From an uncultured Phycisphaerales bacterium (GTDB taxonomy: Bacteria; Planctomycetota; Phycisphaerae; Tepidisphaerales; Tepidisphaeraceae): a stretch of 64,000 nt of DNA. The DNA is taken from NCBI GenBank assembly GCA_963755915.1, contig CAVWLP010000002.1, positions 4,352,001 to 4,416,000 on the forward strand, given 5' to 3'. Positions 18,929 to 30,414 of the stretch are shown piece after piece (within the stretch, counting starts at the first letter, position 1; each line of letters starts with the position of its first letter). Under the pieces are notes generated by a model that was given only the letters and a program-made list of their open reading frames with translations, made no database searches and had not been told where the DNA came from. The translations under genes and the position numbers were made by a program.

Positions 18929-21676
18929 ATGGTTCAAACGGAGGATACATCGCAAATGAAGCTCGCCAGAACACGTTTGCCGCGCAAATTTTCCCCTTTC
19001 GCAAATTTCTACGAAAGTCTGGAGAAGCGGCTCATGTTTACGGCCGCGCTGCCGGAGCTGCCGCAGGTCGTCGCGCCGGCGAGCAATCCCACCCTGCCTT
19101 CGGGGTTTGATACGTTTGTGCCGCCTGCAACGCTAACAACGCCTTCGGCCGGAACACCGCAAATCGCCGGCGCCACCAACTCGGCCGACCCCGGTGACAC
19201 CATCGCCGTAAGCGATGTCAACATTTCGGCGCTGCCTGCTTCCGACAAGGATTCCGACAGTGAATTCGTAACCTACGGCCAGACGACCGCCTCCAACGGC
19301 CAGCTCGTCGAAGACACCATCCAGCAATTGGGCCCGAACACCGCCTCGGTGACTTTGGCCTCCGATAATACCCCGGATTCGATGTACTTCCTCTGGGCCG
19401 GCAACGCGAACGGATTCAGCGCGCCGGTAGCGATCAACAAAACCGACGCCATGTGGGTCGGGCCGAACCAGGCAACCGCCGGGCAGACGATTTCCGTCTA
19501 CGGTCAGAACCTCACCTTCACCGCCACCGATGGAAAATCCTGGGTCTACATCACCCAGGCCGGCAGCAACTCCGGCCAGTGGGCCTCCGTCGTCAGCGCA
19601 AATCCGTATTGCGTCACCTTCGTCGTCCCACAAAATCTTTCCGCCGGAAGCTACCAGGTCTGGGTCCATAACGGCCACGGCGGCGTCTATGGCTGGAGCA
19701 GCCCGGTCACCCTCACCGTGAATGCACCCGTCGCCGCCAGCACCCAGGTTTTCAACGTGCTCAACTACGGTGCGGTCGGCAACGGAACCACGGACGACAC
19801 CGCCGCCTTCAACGCCGCGATCAGCGCCGCCTCAAAATATCCCGGAGCCACCGTTTACGTCCCCACCGGAACCTACGTCATCAGCCAGATCACCATCGGC
19901 AATCTCCAGCTCGTCGGTGACGGGCAGGGAAAATCCGTGCTGCTGGGCGCGCCAACGTCGTCCCCCTCCGTCGCCATGGTCTGGCTCAATTCCAATACGC
20001 AGATCAGCAATCTGACGCTTGATTCCAACAACGTGGGATATTCCGATCTGATGTACGGAAGGTTCAGGACCAACCTGCAATTCACCGACGTTACCTTCAA
20101 CGCCCATCTCACCCAGTACTTCGACATCCACGCCGACAATCTCGTTTCTTTCACCGGCTGCAACATGATCGGCGACGGTGCGTTCCTTGGAACCGCCTCG
20201 CAGCTTTTCTTCAACGATTGCAATTTCTACGGTACCAACGACGCCAACACCCTGCTGTATTCCTGGGGGGGAACCGGCATCAGCATCACCGGCTGCACGG
20301 CGCAGGATTATAACGATTCCAATCCCAATTCGGGGGCGGGCTGGGCAAAGGGGCGCTTCTTTGTCGCAAGTCCCAATTGGGGACCCGTGGATGACATCTA
20401 CATTGCCGACAACACCACCATTGCCCTGGGCGTCCGTCCGACCTATCCGGATCAGAACGTGGGCGAACAGCTTTTGTTTGAGGGCAACAACATCTACTCT
20501 GATCCGGGGGCCGTGTTTGTCGCGGCGACCCAAAGCAGCGTAACTCTCTCGGGGCTGCCCAGCTCATTTTCCGCAACTGGATATGAAGTAATAATCATGG
20601 GCGGCGATGGCGTGGGGGAGCATCTGCCCATCGCCTCCTATAACGCCGCAACCGGACTCATTACGCTCGATGGCGCCTGGGCCGTCGTACCCGACTCCAC
20701 CAGTATCGTTCGCCTTGGAATGATCGACGACGGAATCGTGATTTATCAGAACAGTCTTTCCGGCAAAGGTTCGGTGACAACGACCGCGTCAGCCGGTGTG
20801 GAATTCTGGGGCGGAGCCATCGACGCCGTCGTCGCTTCCAACACGATCAATAACGTCGATACCGGCATATTCGATGACAGCCTGGATTCCGGTGGAAACA
20901 GCGAGCCGGACTACTGGAATTTATACCAGAATAACACCATTACAAATTCGGTCACTGGAATTGTCATCGCCAACGACGGTACCGGCGGCCAGGCCGGCGC
21001 CTTTGGCGATATCGCTCGCAGCAATCAAATCACCACCATGAGCAATTCCGGCTTTACGATTTCCGACGATAATGCAACCCAGGCGAGCGAGTATTATCTC
21101 ATCCTCGAAGACAACACGGTCACCAATGCAAAAACTGCCGTCTGGATCGTCGAGGCGCCATCCCTTCCCGCGAACCCCGCCGCGGTTACTCAACTTCTGC
21201 TCGTTGGCAATACGTTTGTCTCAGGAGCGGATACCCCCGCCGGGGCGGCCGCCGTCGACGTGAACGAAACGGCGGATATCACTCAGGATGGCAATACTTT
21301 CGAGAATTATCCGCAATCGTATGCCGGCGACGCCGCGTCGGCCCTGCTGCAACCGGTTTCCACGGCGCCCTCGGATAATCTGCTGTCGGTTCCGGCGAAT
21401 GTCGTTGCGACCGTGCCTACCGGCGCTGGTTCGACAGAGACTGCGGATACGACCTCAAGCTCCACATCCGATCAGTCGTCGAGCAGCACCTCAAACGAAA
21501 GCAACACAAACGCTTCGACGTCACAAACCCAACCGCCCCGCAAAACCTCCAGGTTGAGCTGGGTCGCGGTCACCGCCGCCGGTTCAACGCCCACGACCAT
21601 GACCTCGGATGACCTGAAAAAACTCCACCAGGCCACCGCGATTTTAGCTTCCAACACGCACGTTCTGGCGGCATAG
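18929..21676 (+). CDS. Large secreted beta-helix protein (pectate lyase 3/GH28-related) with Ig-like domain and Ser/Thr-rich tail
   Basis: ESLEKRLMF planctomycete export motif; NVLNYGAVGNGTTDDTAAFNAAI...VYVPTGTY; Asn/Thr-rich repeats. Confidence 0.8.
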   Translation: MVQTEDTSQMKLARTRLPRKFSPFANFYESLEKRLMFTAALPELPQVVAPASNPTLPSGFDTFVPPATLTTPSAGTPQIAGATNSADPGDTIAVSDVNISALPASDKDSDSEFVTYGQTTASNGQLVEDTIQQLGPNTASVTLASDNTPDSMYFLWAGNANGFSAPVAINKTDAMWVGPNQATAGQTISVYGQNLTFTATDGKSWVYITQAGSNSGQWASVVSANPYCVTFVVPQNLSAGSYQVWVHNGHGGVYGWSSPVTLTVNAPVAASTQVFNVLNYGAVGNGTTDDTAAFNAAISAASKYPGATVYVPTGTYVISQITIGNLQLVGDGQGKSVLLGAPTSSPSVAMVWLNSNTQISNLTLDSNNVGYSDLMYGRFRTNLQFTDVTFNAHLTQYFDIHADNLVSFTGCNMIGDGAFLGTASQLFFNDCNFYGTNDANTLLYSWGGTGISITGCTAQDYNDSNPNSGAGWAKGRFFVASPNWGPVDDIYIADNTTIALGVRPTYPDQNVGEQLLFEGNNIYSDPGAVFVAATQSSVTLSGLPSSFSATGYEVIIMGGDGVGEHLPIASYNAATGLITLDGAWAVVPDSTSIVRLGMIDDGIVIYQNSLSGKGSVTTTASAGVEFWGGAIDAVVASNTINNVDTGIFDDSLDSGGNSEPDYWNLYQNNTITNSVTGIVIANDGTGGQAGAFGDIARSNQITTMSNSGFTISDDNATQASEYYLILEDNTVTNAKTAVWIVEAPSLPANPAAVTQLLLVGNTFVSGADTPAGAAAVDVNETADITQDGNTFENYPQSYAGDAASALLQPVSTAPSDNLLSVPANVVATVPTGAGSTETADTTSSSTSDQSSSSTSNESNTNASTSQTQPPRKTSRLSWVAVTAAGSTPTTMTSDDLKKLHQATAILASNTHVLAA

Positions 21677-21785
21677 CCGGCCGATCCCTTATGATGGCCG
21701 ACGATTCGCGTGGGATATCGAAAACGCCTATCGGCAAATGTGGCGCATTTGTCTCACCCGGATCTTCGAACCCCGCCCCCCAGCC

Positions 21786-23521
21786 ATGAATTGCAAAGAT
21801 ATCCGTAACGCCGCTCTGTGCGCACTGGTCGTCCTGGCCGCGTTCTTCCTGACCAATCCCTTCGTCCAGATTCCCTTCAACGACGACTGGATGTATTCCT
21901 ATACAGTTCGGCAATTGGCGCAGACCGGAAAACTCGTTTATTGCGGCGAGTCGGCTGGTTTTCTGATGCAAGCCGGTTGGGGCGCCGCTGTTGCCCGCAT
22001 TTTCCACTTCTCTTTTGTCTCGCTCCGCTTCTCCACCCTCCCCTTTTCCATGACCTGCGCGGCATTGTGTTATCTGCTGGCCCGGCGGGCAAACCTCGAT
22101 CATAAAAATGCATTTTTCGTTGCCATCCTTCTTGCCCTTTCACCGCTGTTTCTTCCTCTCGCCGCCTCTTTCATGACCGATGTGCCCGCGCTCGCCTGTA
22201 TTCTTCTTTCTCTCTACTGCCTCGCACAGTCGCTGGAAAGCCAACGCCCCTGGGTTTGGCTCGCCGCGGCATACATCGCCGCCCTCGTCGGAGGGCTCGA
22301 TCGTCAAATCGTCTGGATCGTTCCCCTCACCTGCGGTCCCTACGTTGCATGCCTGCGGCGAAAAGATCCCGCCGTTCTATTCGTTTCCGCCCTCGGTTTC
22401 GCGGGAAACCTGGTCGTCGCCTTCGCCTTCACCGCATGGTTCGCCGACCGGCCTGGCGTCGTCACCGACTGGACATTTTCCCACACCATTCAAGTCGCCA
22501 AAACCGTTTGGGCCGATTCCCTGATTATTTGGCTATGCGTCTGGTTGACAACACTGCTTTTGATCCTCCCTGCCGCCATTCCAGTCGTCTGGTCGTCGAT
22601 CGCGCAAACCTGCAATCATCTTCGCGGCCGCCGAGGTCTCTTGGCCGCCTCAATCGCCGTCGCCATCGCTCTACTTTCCGTACACTGGCCTGCGATGTCA
22701 ATCGAGCCCTGGCTCGGCGACGTGGTCTCGCCGCGCGGACCGCTTTCCGGCATGGAACTTTCCGGATACCGCCCCGTTTCCCAGCCCCCTTTCTTGCGCA
22801 CCTTGTTCGGAATTCTGGTCATCATCGCCGCCTGGTCGCTGCTCACCGATTTAGCCGACCGATGCTTCCACCCCCGCCTTTTCCCAACCCCAAAAAACGC
22901 GCCGCCCGTTGTCGTCATGATGCTTATCTTCGACACCGTTTATCTCGTTCTTCTGGCCTACCGCGCCCGCGCGGATTCATATACGATCGCTACGCCCTGC
23001 CCCTGATCCCCTGCGCCGCGATCCCCTTGCTCCTGAAATCCCAAAATCAACGCTGTCCGATTCCCATAAAAATCCTCGTCTGGACAATGCTCGCCCTCTG
23101 GAGCATCTACGGCATCGCCGCAACACAAGACGTACACGCGCTTCAATGGGCACGCCGAACCGCCATGGATCGCCTCCTCCGCGCCGGCAATCCCGACACC
23201 TCAATCGCCGACGGCAGCGAATTCGACAACTGGACGCAGCTCCTCCACCAGGGATACGTCAACATTCCCGGCATCAATTCCCCGCCCGGAAAATACAACC
23301 CCGCCCTCGGCATTTGCCCCGCCCTCCGCCCGCTCTATAGCGTCGAATTCCTCCCCACTCCCGACACCGCTCCATCCGAATTCGGCTCGGTCGATTACAT
23401 TTCCTGGCTTCCCCCCTTCCACCGGCGAATATTCATCGATCGTTTCCGCGATCCCTACTGGCTCAATCCAAATAACAATACTCCTCCGCCGAAGGACTTC
23501 GAGGATTTCCATATGCACTGA
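21786..23521 (+). CDS. GT-C fold membrane glycosyltransferase (ArnT/PMT/GT39-like), paralog 1 (frameshift near 22970)
   Basis: PFNDDW, SLRFSTLP, SPLFLPLAASFMTDVP and YDRYALP motifs. Confidence 0.75.
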
Positions 23522-23582
23522 AGATCGCTCCACCGCCCCAGCTTGCGATACACCTCCCGCGCTTGTAGGGTTTCACCCATTC

Positions 23583-25342
23583 ATGTCACGCCACGATGCG
23601 CACAACGGGCTGCTTTGTGCGGCGGCAGTCGTCGTCGCCATATTTATTACCAATCCATTCGTTCAAATGCCCTTCAACGATGACTGGACCTATGCCTTCT
23701 CCGTCCACGAATTGCTCCGCATCGGCCAAATGACCTACCACTGCGGCGAATCCGCCGCCTTCCTCACCCAGGCCTATTGGGGTCTCCTCTTCGTCAAATT
23801 ATTCGGCTTCTCCTTCGTGACCCTTCGCCTCTCCACCTTGCCCTGGGCCATCGGATCCGTACTCGTCTGTTACTTCCTCGCCCGCGAGGCCGGCCTCGAA
23901 ACCGCCCCCGCGCTTCTGGCCACCCTCCTCTTCGGCCTCTCCCCACTTTTCCTTCCCCTGGCCACATCGTTCATGTCCGATGTACCCTCCGAATTCGCGA
24001 TTCTGCTCTCGATCTACGCCCTCACCCGCGCCGCCCGCGCCCCCACTCGCCGCCACTGCATCGCCCTTCTGATCCTGGCATTTATCACCACTCTATTAGG
24101 CGGACTAAGCCGGCAGATCATCTGGATCATCCCCCTCACCGCCGGAATCCAGGTCGCATTTCTGCGCCGCCGCGAAAAGCCGATTCTTTTTGTCTCGCTC
24201 GTCGGCATCTCCGCCAACATCTTCGCCGCCTACGTTTCAGCTCGCTGGTTTTACACTCAGCCCTTCGTCGTGAAAGAATGGACGTTTTCGCAAAGCGTTA
24301 GCGCCGCCTCCCACAACTGGCAATATCTGCTCGCCCTCTGGTCCTACCTCTGGCTCACAACGCTGCTCCTCATCATCCCCGCCTCCCTCCCCGCCGCGTG
24401 GGTCGCACTCCATCAAACCCTGCATAACCTCCGCGGCCGCCGCGGCATCATCGCCGCCGCCGTTGCCGTCTTCATCGCCTTCGCGTCGATCCAGTGGCCC
24501 GCACTCTCCCTCGCTCCCTGGCTCGGCGACATCGTATCCCGTCGCGGCGTTCTCTGGGGGATGGAACTCTCCGGCCACCGCCCCCTCTCCATCCCCACCC
24601 CCCTCGGCGAAGTCCTCGCCCTCATCGTCATCTTTCTGGCCTGGATTTTCCTCACCGATCTCGCCGACCGCGCCTTCCATTCCCATCTCCTCCATCGCAC
24701 CGCCGCATTCTGTTTCCCCGCGAACAATCGCATCGCACTCCCCGCGCTTCTTCTCTTCGCCGCCGCCTATCTCGCCCTTCTCGCCTATCGCACCCCGCGA
24801 GAATTCATCTACGACCGCTACACCCTCCCCCTCATCCCCTGCTTCGCGATTCCTCTACTGTTGAGGTATCAGCATTCCCCAAAACCAATCATCTCCCTTT
24901 CATGGACCTTGCTCGCCCTCTGGAGTATTTATGCCGTCATCACCACGCAGGACGTCCATGCACTCCAGGCCGCCCGCCGATCCGCTCTCGACCGCCTCTT
25001 CGCCGCCGGCGTCCCCGACACCGCCATCGCCTGCGGCTCAGAATACGACAACTGGACCCAGCTTTTGCAGACCGGCTATATCAACGTCCCCATGATCAAT
25101 TCCCCGCCCGGAAAATACGACCCCACCCTCGCCGGATGCTTCAGCCTCCGACCCAAATACCGCGTCGAATTCCAGCCCGCCGCGAAACCGAACCCTCCCC
25201 ATTCGGCGTCATCGACTACCTCTCCTGGCTCCCCCCCTTTCATCGCCGCATTTTCATCGACCAGTACCACGATCCGCTCTGGCTCAATCCCAACAGTCAT
25301 CTCCCCCCGCCCATCAATTATGAAGACCACCACTTCGACTAA
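23583..25342 (+). CDS. GT-C fold membrane glycosyltransferase, paralog 2 (frameshift near 25185)
   Basis: Same motifs as paralog 1; C-terminus YLSWLPPFHRRIFID lies in another frame ending at 25342. Confidence 0.75.
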
Positions 25343-27100
25343 TCCCCGCTCCAGCGACTCGCGGATCGCCTTGCTATGCGCCGTCCTGACCGTCCTCGCG
25401 TTCCTGTCCGTCAACCCCTTCGTGGAAATGCCTTTCGACGACGACTGGTCCTACGCCTGGACCGTCAAACAATTCCTCGCCACCGGCCACATCCTCTATC
25501 ACGGCTGGAGCACCGCCGCGATTATTACCCACGTCCTCTGGGGCGCCCTCTTCGCAAAAATCTTCGGCTTCTCCTTCACCGTCCTCCGCTTCAGCACCCT
25601 GCCCCTCGCCGCCGCCTCAGTCGCCCTCTCTTATCTCCTCGCCCGCAAGGCCGGTCTTTCCACAAAATCCTCTCTCTTCGTCGCCATGACCCTCGCCCTC
25701 TCTCCCGTCTTTCTCCCGTTGGCGACCTCCTTCATGACCGACGTCCCCGGCCTTTTCTTCATCCTCTTTTCCCTTTACTGCCTCGTCCTCGCCTGCATCA
25801 CACAACGAAGTGCCCTCTGGATCATCCTCGCCGTCGTCGCCTCGATGCTCGGCGGCATGGGCCGCCAGGTCGATTGGCTCGTCACCCTCGCCCTCCTCCC
25901 CTACGTCGCATTCCTCCTCCGCCGCCGGCTTCGACTCGTCGCCATGTGCGCCATCGGTTGGCTGCTCGTCGTCGCCAATGCGGCCCTCACCACCGCATGG
26001 TTCAACCATCAGCCCGACGTCATGATTGATCGCCCCTTTCACCAGTCCCTCGTCCAGGTCGCTTTCGAGCCCACAGGCGTGCTCATCGCCCTATTAAAAA
26101 TCGCTCTCACCACCATCCTCCTCTCCCTTCCCGCTGCCATCCCATTTTGCCTGAGCGTCGCCCGGCGAACCTGGCGCGAAAGGCGCGGCCGGCTCGGGTT
26201 CATCGTCGTCATCGCCCTGCTGCTCATTTCCGCCGCCCTTCTCCTCTGGCCCACCCTCGATTTCGAACCCTGGGTCGGCAACATCCTCACCCCCAAAGGC
26301 GTCCTCGGAGACATCGAACTCGCCGGCAACCGCCCCACCGCCCAACCTCAAATCCTTTCAGACATTCTCAGCGCCGCATGTCACATCGCCTTCGGCCTGA
26401 TTCTCATCGCCGTCCTTGATTGGCTCTCCCGCCCCGCGCTGGCGTTCAAAATTTCCGCCAATTCTTCGCCGCCTCCGATGGCCAGGTCGCCCTGCCCATG
26501 ATCGCCATTTTCACCGCGGCTTATCTGTTCGCACTTATCCCCCGGATCTCAGAATCCCTCATTTTCGACCGCTATCTGATCGAGCTCTTCCCGTTACTCG
26601 CCATCGCTCTCCTCCGCCGCTTTCCCTCCCCCGGCGCAGCCCCGATTCTCCTTTTATGCATCTACGCCGCCTTCGCCCTCGCATCCACGCAGGATGTTCT
26701 CGCCCTCGGCCGCGCCCGTTTCGCCGCCGCTCAGCGCCTCCAGGCCGCCGGCGTTCCCAGAACCGCTTTTGTCGATGGATTCGAATTCAATTTCTGGACC
26801 CAGCTCCAGGCCCAGGGCTATATCAACCGCGCCGCCGTCGCAAACACCACCCACCCCTACAACCAGTTCATCGGCATGAAGCCCGCAATCCTCCCCCGCT
26901 ATCGCATCGAACACAATCCGCGCTCCGGCGAAACGCAGCCCAGCCCCTTCGGCTCAATCCATTACATTTCCTGGCTGCCCCCATTTCATCGCAGAATCGA
27001 TATCGACGAATTCCGCAATCCCTGGTGGCTCGATCCAAATCGGAAAACGACCGAGCCGATTCCCAGATACTGGGAAGACTACGAAGCTTATTTCAACTAG
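25320..27100 (+). CDS. GT-C fold membrane glycosyltransferase, paralog 3 (frameshift near 26445)
   Basis: PFDDDW, SFMTDVP, FDRYL and YISWLPPFHRRIDID motifs. Confidence 0.75.
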
Positions 27101-27141
27101 CGTTCCTCGGCCTTGGCATGATTTGACGTACAATAGAGCTA

Positions 27142-27726
27142 TTGTCACTGGAGATTTTGTCGGTGCGGAAACTCTCGCTGTTGTTTCTTCTGGTAATGGT
27201 TGGTTGCACAGCACGGACCGCCAATCCTGGAAGTCAAGCGCCGGCTACTCGCACTTCGACTCAGCCTTCGGATAATGGACGCAACGAAAAGATTGCATCA
27301 AACTTTCGTTCCATCGCGATGGAATTGTTGCTCTTCATCGATAACCATAACGGCAGGTTTCCCGGCGATTTGGGCGAGCTTTCGATCGACAATTTTGATC
27401 CCCCGCAGCTTTTTGTGCTTCCCCAAGCCGAAAACCGGGTCCCGACAAATTGGCAGGAAATGAGTTTTCCCCATCGCGCAAAATGGATCAACCGTAATTC
27501 CGCGTTCACCTATCTTGGAGGAGGCCTCGTGTTCGGAAGGGATTATTCATCGCTGACGTCTTTGCCGCCTGACAAGATTGTGATCGCATATCAAAATATT
27601 CAAACGTCAACGCGCGGAATTTACATGCTTTACATGGACATGCATGTCGAATTTGATGCATCGGATCTAGCCGGTCAGCGGCTTTCCGACACAAACGCGT
27701 TTCTTCAGCGCATCAATCCGAATTGA
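27142..27726 (+). CDS. Putative lipoprotein resembling planctomycete prepilin/DUF1559-type domains
   Basis: Lipobox-like MVGC, STQP, SNFRSIAMELLLFIDNHNGRFP and MLYMDMHVE. Confidence 0.55.
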   Translation: MSLEILSVRKLSLLFLLVMVGCTARTANPGSQAPATRTSTQPSDNGRNEKIASNFRSIAMELLLFIDNHNGRFPGDLGELSIDNFDPPQLFVLPQAENRVPTNWQEMSFPHRAKWINRNSAFTYLGGGLVFGRDYSSLTSLPPDKIVIAYQNIQTSTRGIYMLYMDMHVEFDASDLAGQRLSDTNAFLQRINPN

Positions 27727-27794
27727 ATTGGCTTAAGGGGCGGCCGATGACGAGGCGATGAACTTCGTCACAACTCTCTCCGCCTTGGGGGTGT

Positions 27795-29931
27795 CTATTT
27801 CAGACTTTCCAAAATCGCATTCTTCACATTCGTCGGCACCGGCGCATACCGCAACGGCTCCATTACCGAGCTGGCCCGGCCCGTGCTCATCGAACGAAGT
27901 TCGGTCGTGTACCCGAACATTTCGCTCAGCGGAACTTCCGCTTCCACGATCCGCGTGTTGCCACGCTGATCGCTGTTGACGATCATCCCGCGGCGGCGAT
28001 TCAAATCGCCGGTGACGTTGCCCACGAATTCCTCGGGCGTCGTCACGACGACTTTCATGATCGGCTCCAGCAGCGTCAGCCCCGCCTTCTGGCACGCCTC
28101 TTTGAACGCGATCTGCCCCGCCAGTTCGAACGCGATCTGCGAGCTGTCCACCGGGTGATAGCTGCCGTCGGTCAGCGTCACTTTCACGTTGATCAGCGGA
28201 TAATTCGCCAGCACGCCCGTCTTGGCGGCCATGCGGGCGCCGTACTCGATCGACGGGATGTATTCCTTGGGAATCGACCCGCCGAACACCTTGTTTTCGA
28301 ACGCGAAGCCGTCTTTCCAGCCCCATTTCTTGAGGGTCTCGGGATCGACGCCAGTGCCGTTGAACGGCTCGATGTTGATCGTGCAGTCGCCGTACTGGCC
28401 GCGACCGCCGGATTGCTTGACGTGCTTGCCGCGAATATGGCTCGCCGAGCCGATGATCGTTTCCTTATACGCCACCTTCGGCCGGCCGACGTTCACCTCG
28501 ACCTTGTGATCGCGCGTGAGCTTGATTCCGGAGGATTTCCAGGTGAAGCTCGCCCATGCCGGCGATGATGGTCTGGCCGGTTTCTTCATCGTAATTGGCC
28601 TGGAACGTCGGGTCTTCGCGCTTGAGGGTTGTGAGCGCCTCGCCGAGTTTCTGCTTGTCGGCGGCGGTCTTGGGCTCGATGGACATGCTGATGACCGGCT
28701 CGGGGAAAGTCGGCCGTGTCCAGGATGATCGGATGATCCTGGTCGCAAAGCGTGTCGCCGGTCAGAGCATCCTTGACGCCGATACACGCGACGATGTCGC
28801 CGGCCTCGGCAACGTCGATAGGATTTCGGTCGGCGGCGTGCATCTGGAACATCCGGCTGATGTTCTCGCGCTTGTTGCGGTTGCTGTTGAGAACGCGGCT
28901 GCCCTTTTCGAGCCTGCCGCTGTAGACGCGAACGTAGGTCAGATCGCCGTGCTGGTCGTTGACGATTTTGAACGCCAGGCCGCAGAACGGCTCATCCGGA
29001 TTCGGATGCCGCTCGATGATCTTCTCCGGGTCCTTCACGTCGTGCCCCTTGATGGCCGGCATATCGATCGGGGCGGGCAGATAATCGATGACGCCGTCGA
29101 GCAGGCGCTGAACGCCGACGTATTTCAGGGCCGACCCGTAGAACACCGGATGCAATTTGAAGCTGATCGTGGCCGCGCGCAGGGCCTTGCGCAGCTCGTC
29201 CTCGGTCGGCTCCTGACTGTTGAGATATTTCTCCATCAGGTGGTCGTCGGTCTCGGCGACTTTTTCGATCAGATCGTGACGCCACTTTTCGTAGCGCTCT
29301 TTTTCGTCCGCGGGGATCGGCTTTTCGATGATGGTCATGCCCCGGTCCTTGTCGTCGCCCGACGTTGTAATACAGGGCCACGCCGCGGATCAGATCGATC
29401 ATTCCTTTGAATGTGTTGCTCTGTCCGATAGGAATTTGCACGGCCACGGCCGGAGCGCCAAGCCGTTCGCGGATGGAATTGAAGCTGAAGTCAAAATCGG
29501 CGCCGACCTTGTCCATCTTGTTGATGAAACAGACGCGCGGAACGTTGTACTTGGTGGCCTGCCGCCAGACGGTTTCCGATTGGGCTTCGACGCCTTCCTT
29601 GCCGTCGAACACAGCCACCGCGCCGTCGAGCACGCGCAGCGAGCGTTCCACCTCCGCGGTGAAATCGACGTGGCCGGGCGTGTCGATCAGGTTGATCGTG
29701 TATCGTCTCGCCGTTGCGGTCCCACGGACAGGTGGTGGCGGCGGAGTTGATCGTGATGCCGCGCTTCTGCTCTTCCTCGTCAAAGTCCATGACGGCGGTG
29801 CCTTCATGTACCTCGCCCATCTTGTGGATCTTCCCGGTGTAATAGAGGATGCGCTCGGAGACGGTGGTTTTGCCCGCGTCGATGTGGGCGGCAATGCCGA
29901 TGTTACGAATTTTGGAAAGATCGCGAGCCAT
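27795..29931 (-). CDS. fusA: Elongation factor G (several frameshifts); stand-alone copy outside the rpsL-rpsG operon
   Basis: [43 protein letters not shown] and [10 protein letters not shown] motifs. Confidence 0.97.
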
Positions 29932-30035
29932 AAAAATTTCCTGCTACTCCTGGAGAAATCGATATCGACAGTACGACCCACCGCCGACCAAAGTTTGCCC
30001 AAACCCACACCTGCGGGCCGTCGAAAGAGCGAAGT

Positions 30036-30063
30036 AATGTAATCGTAGTCCGACAATCGTCAA
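30036..30063 (-). promoter_or_regulatory. Possible sigma70 promoter of fusA
   Basis: TTGACG-N16-TACATT about 105 bp upstream of the ATG. Confidence 0.4.
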
Positions 30064-30414
30064 GCCGACGCGCCCTGCTGGGAATCAAATCGACGCCTTT
30101 CAGGCCGAAAATAAAAAAGAGGATCGCAATTTTTGTGAAATTGGTGCCTAATTTAAGTGGGGTTAAACCTTTAAGCCTATCCCGCATAGGGGCGGTTCCC
30201 TTAACTCTCTGGCAAACGCAGGCCGATAAGACTAAAAGCCGGAAATAGTCGTTCGTTGGGCATATACAGGGAATTTCATCCATACTTAAGCAGCCATGGC
30301 CAGAAGCGTTTAAACCCCGTTTTCTCTGAGCAGCCCACCCTCACGGGCAGCCAGCGGCGGTCCCAGCCAACAACTATTTCCTTAAAAATGGCGTATTACT
30401 CATGTAGGAAACTC

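Noticed and set aside
23583-26501. 972-aa ORF as a fused double glycosyltransferase
   Set aside because: The paralog-matching C-terminus of gene 2 is in another frame and stops at 25342, so the fusion is an indel artefact
30200-30230. sigma28 promoter (GCCGATAA), also at 7202
   Set aside because: Only the -10 box matches; -35 sequence and spacing are poor
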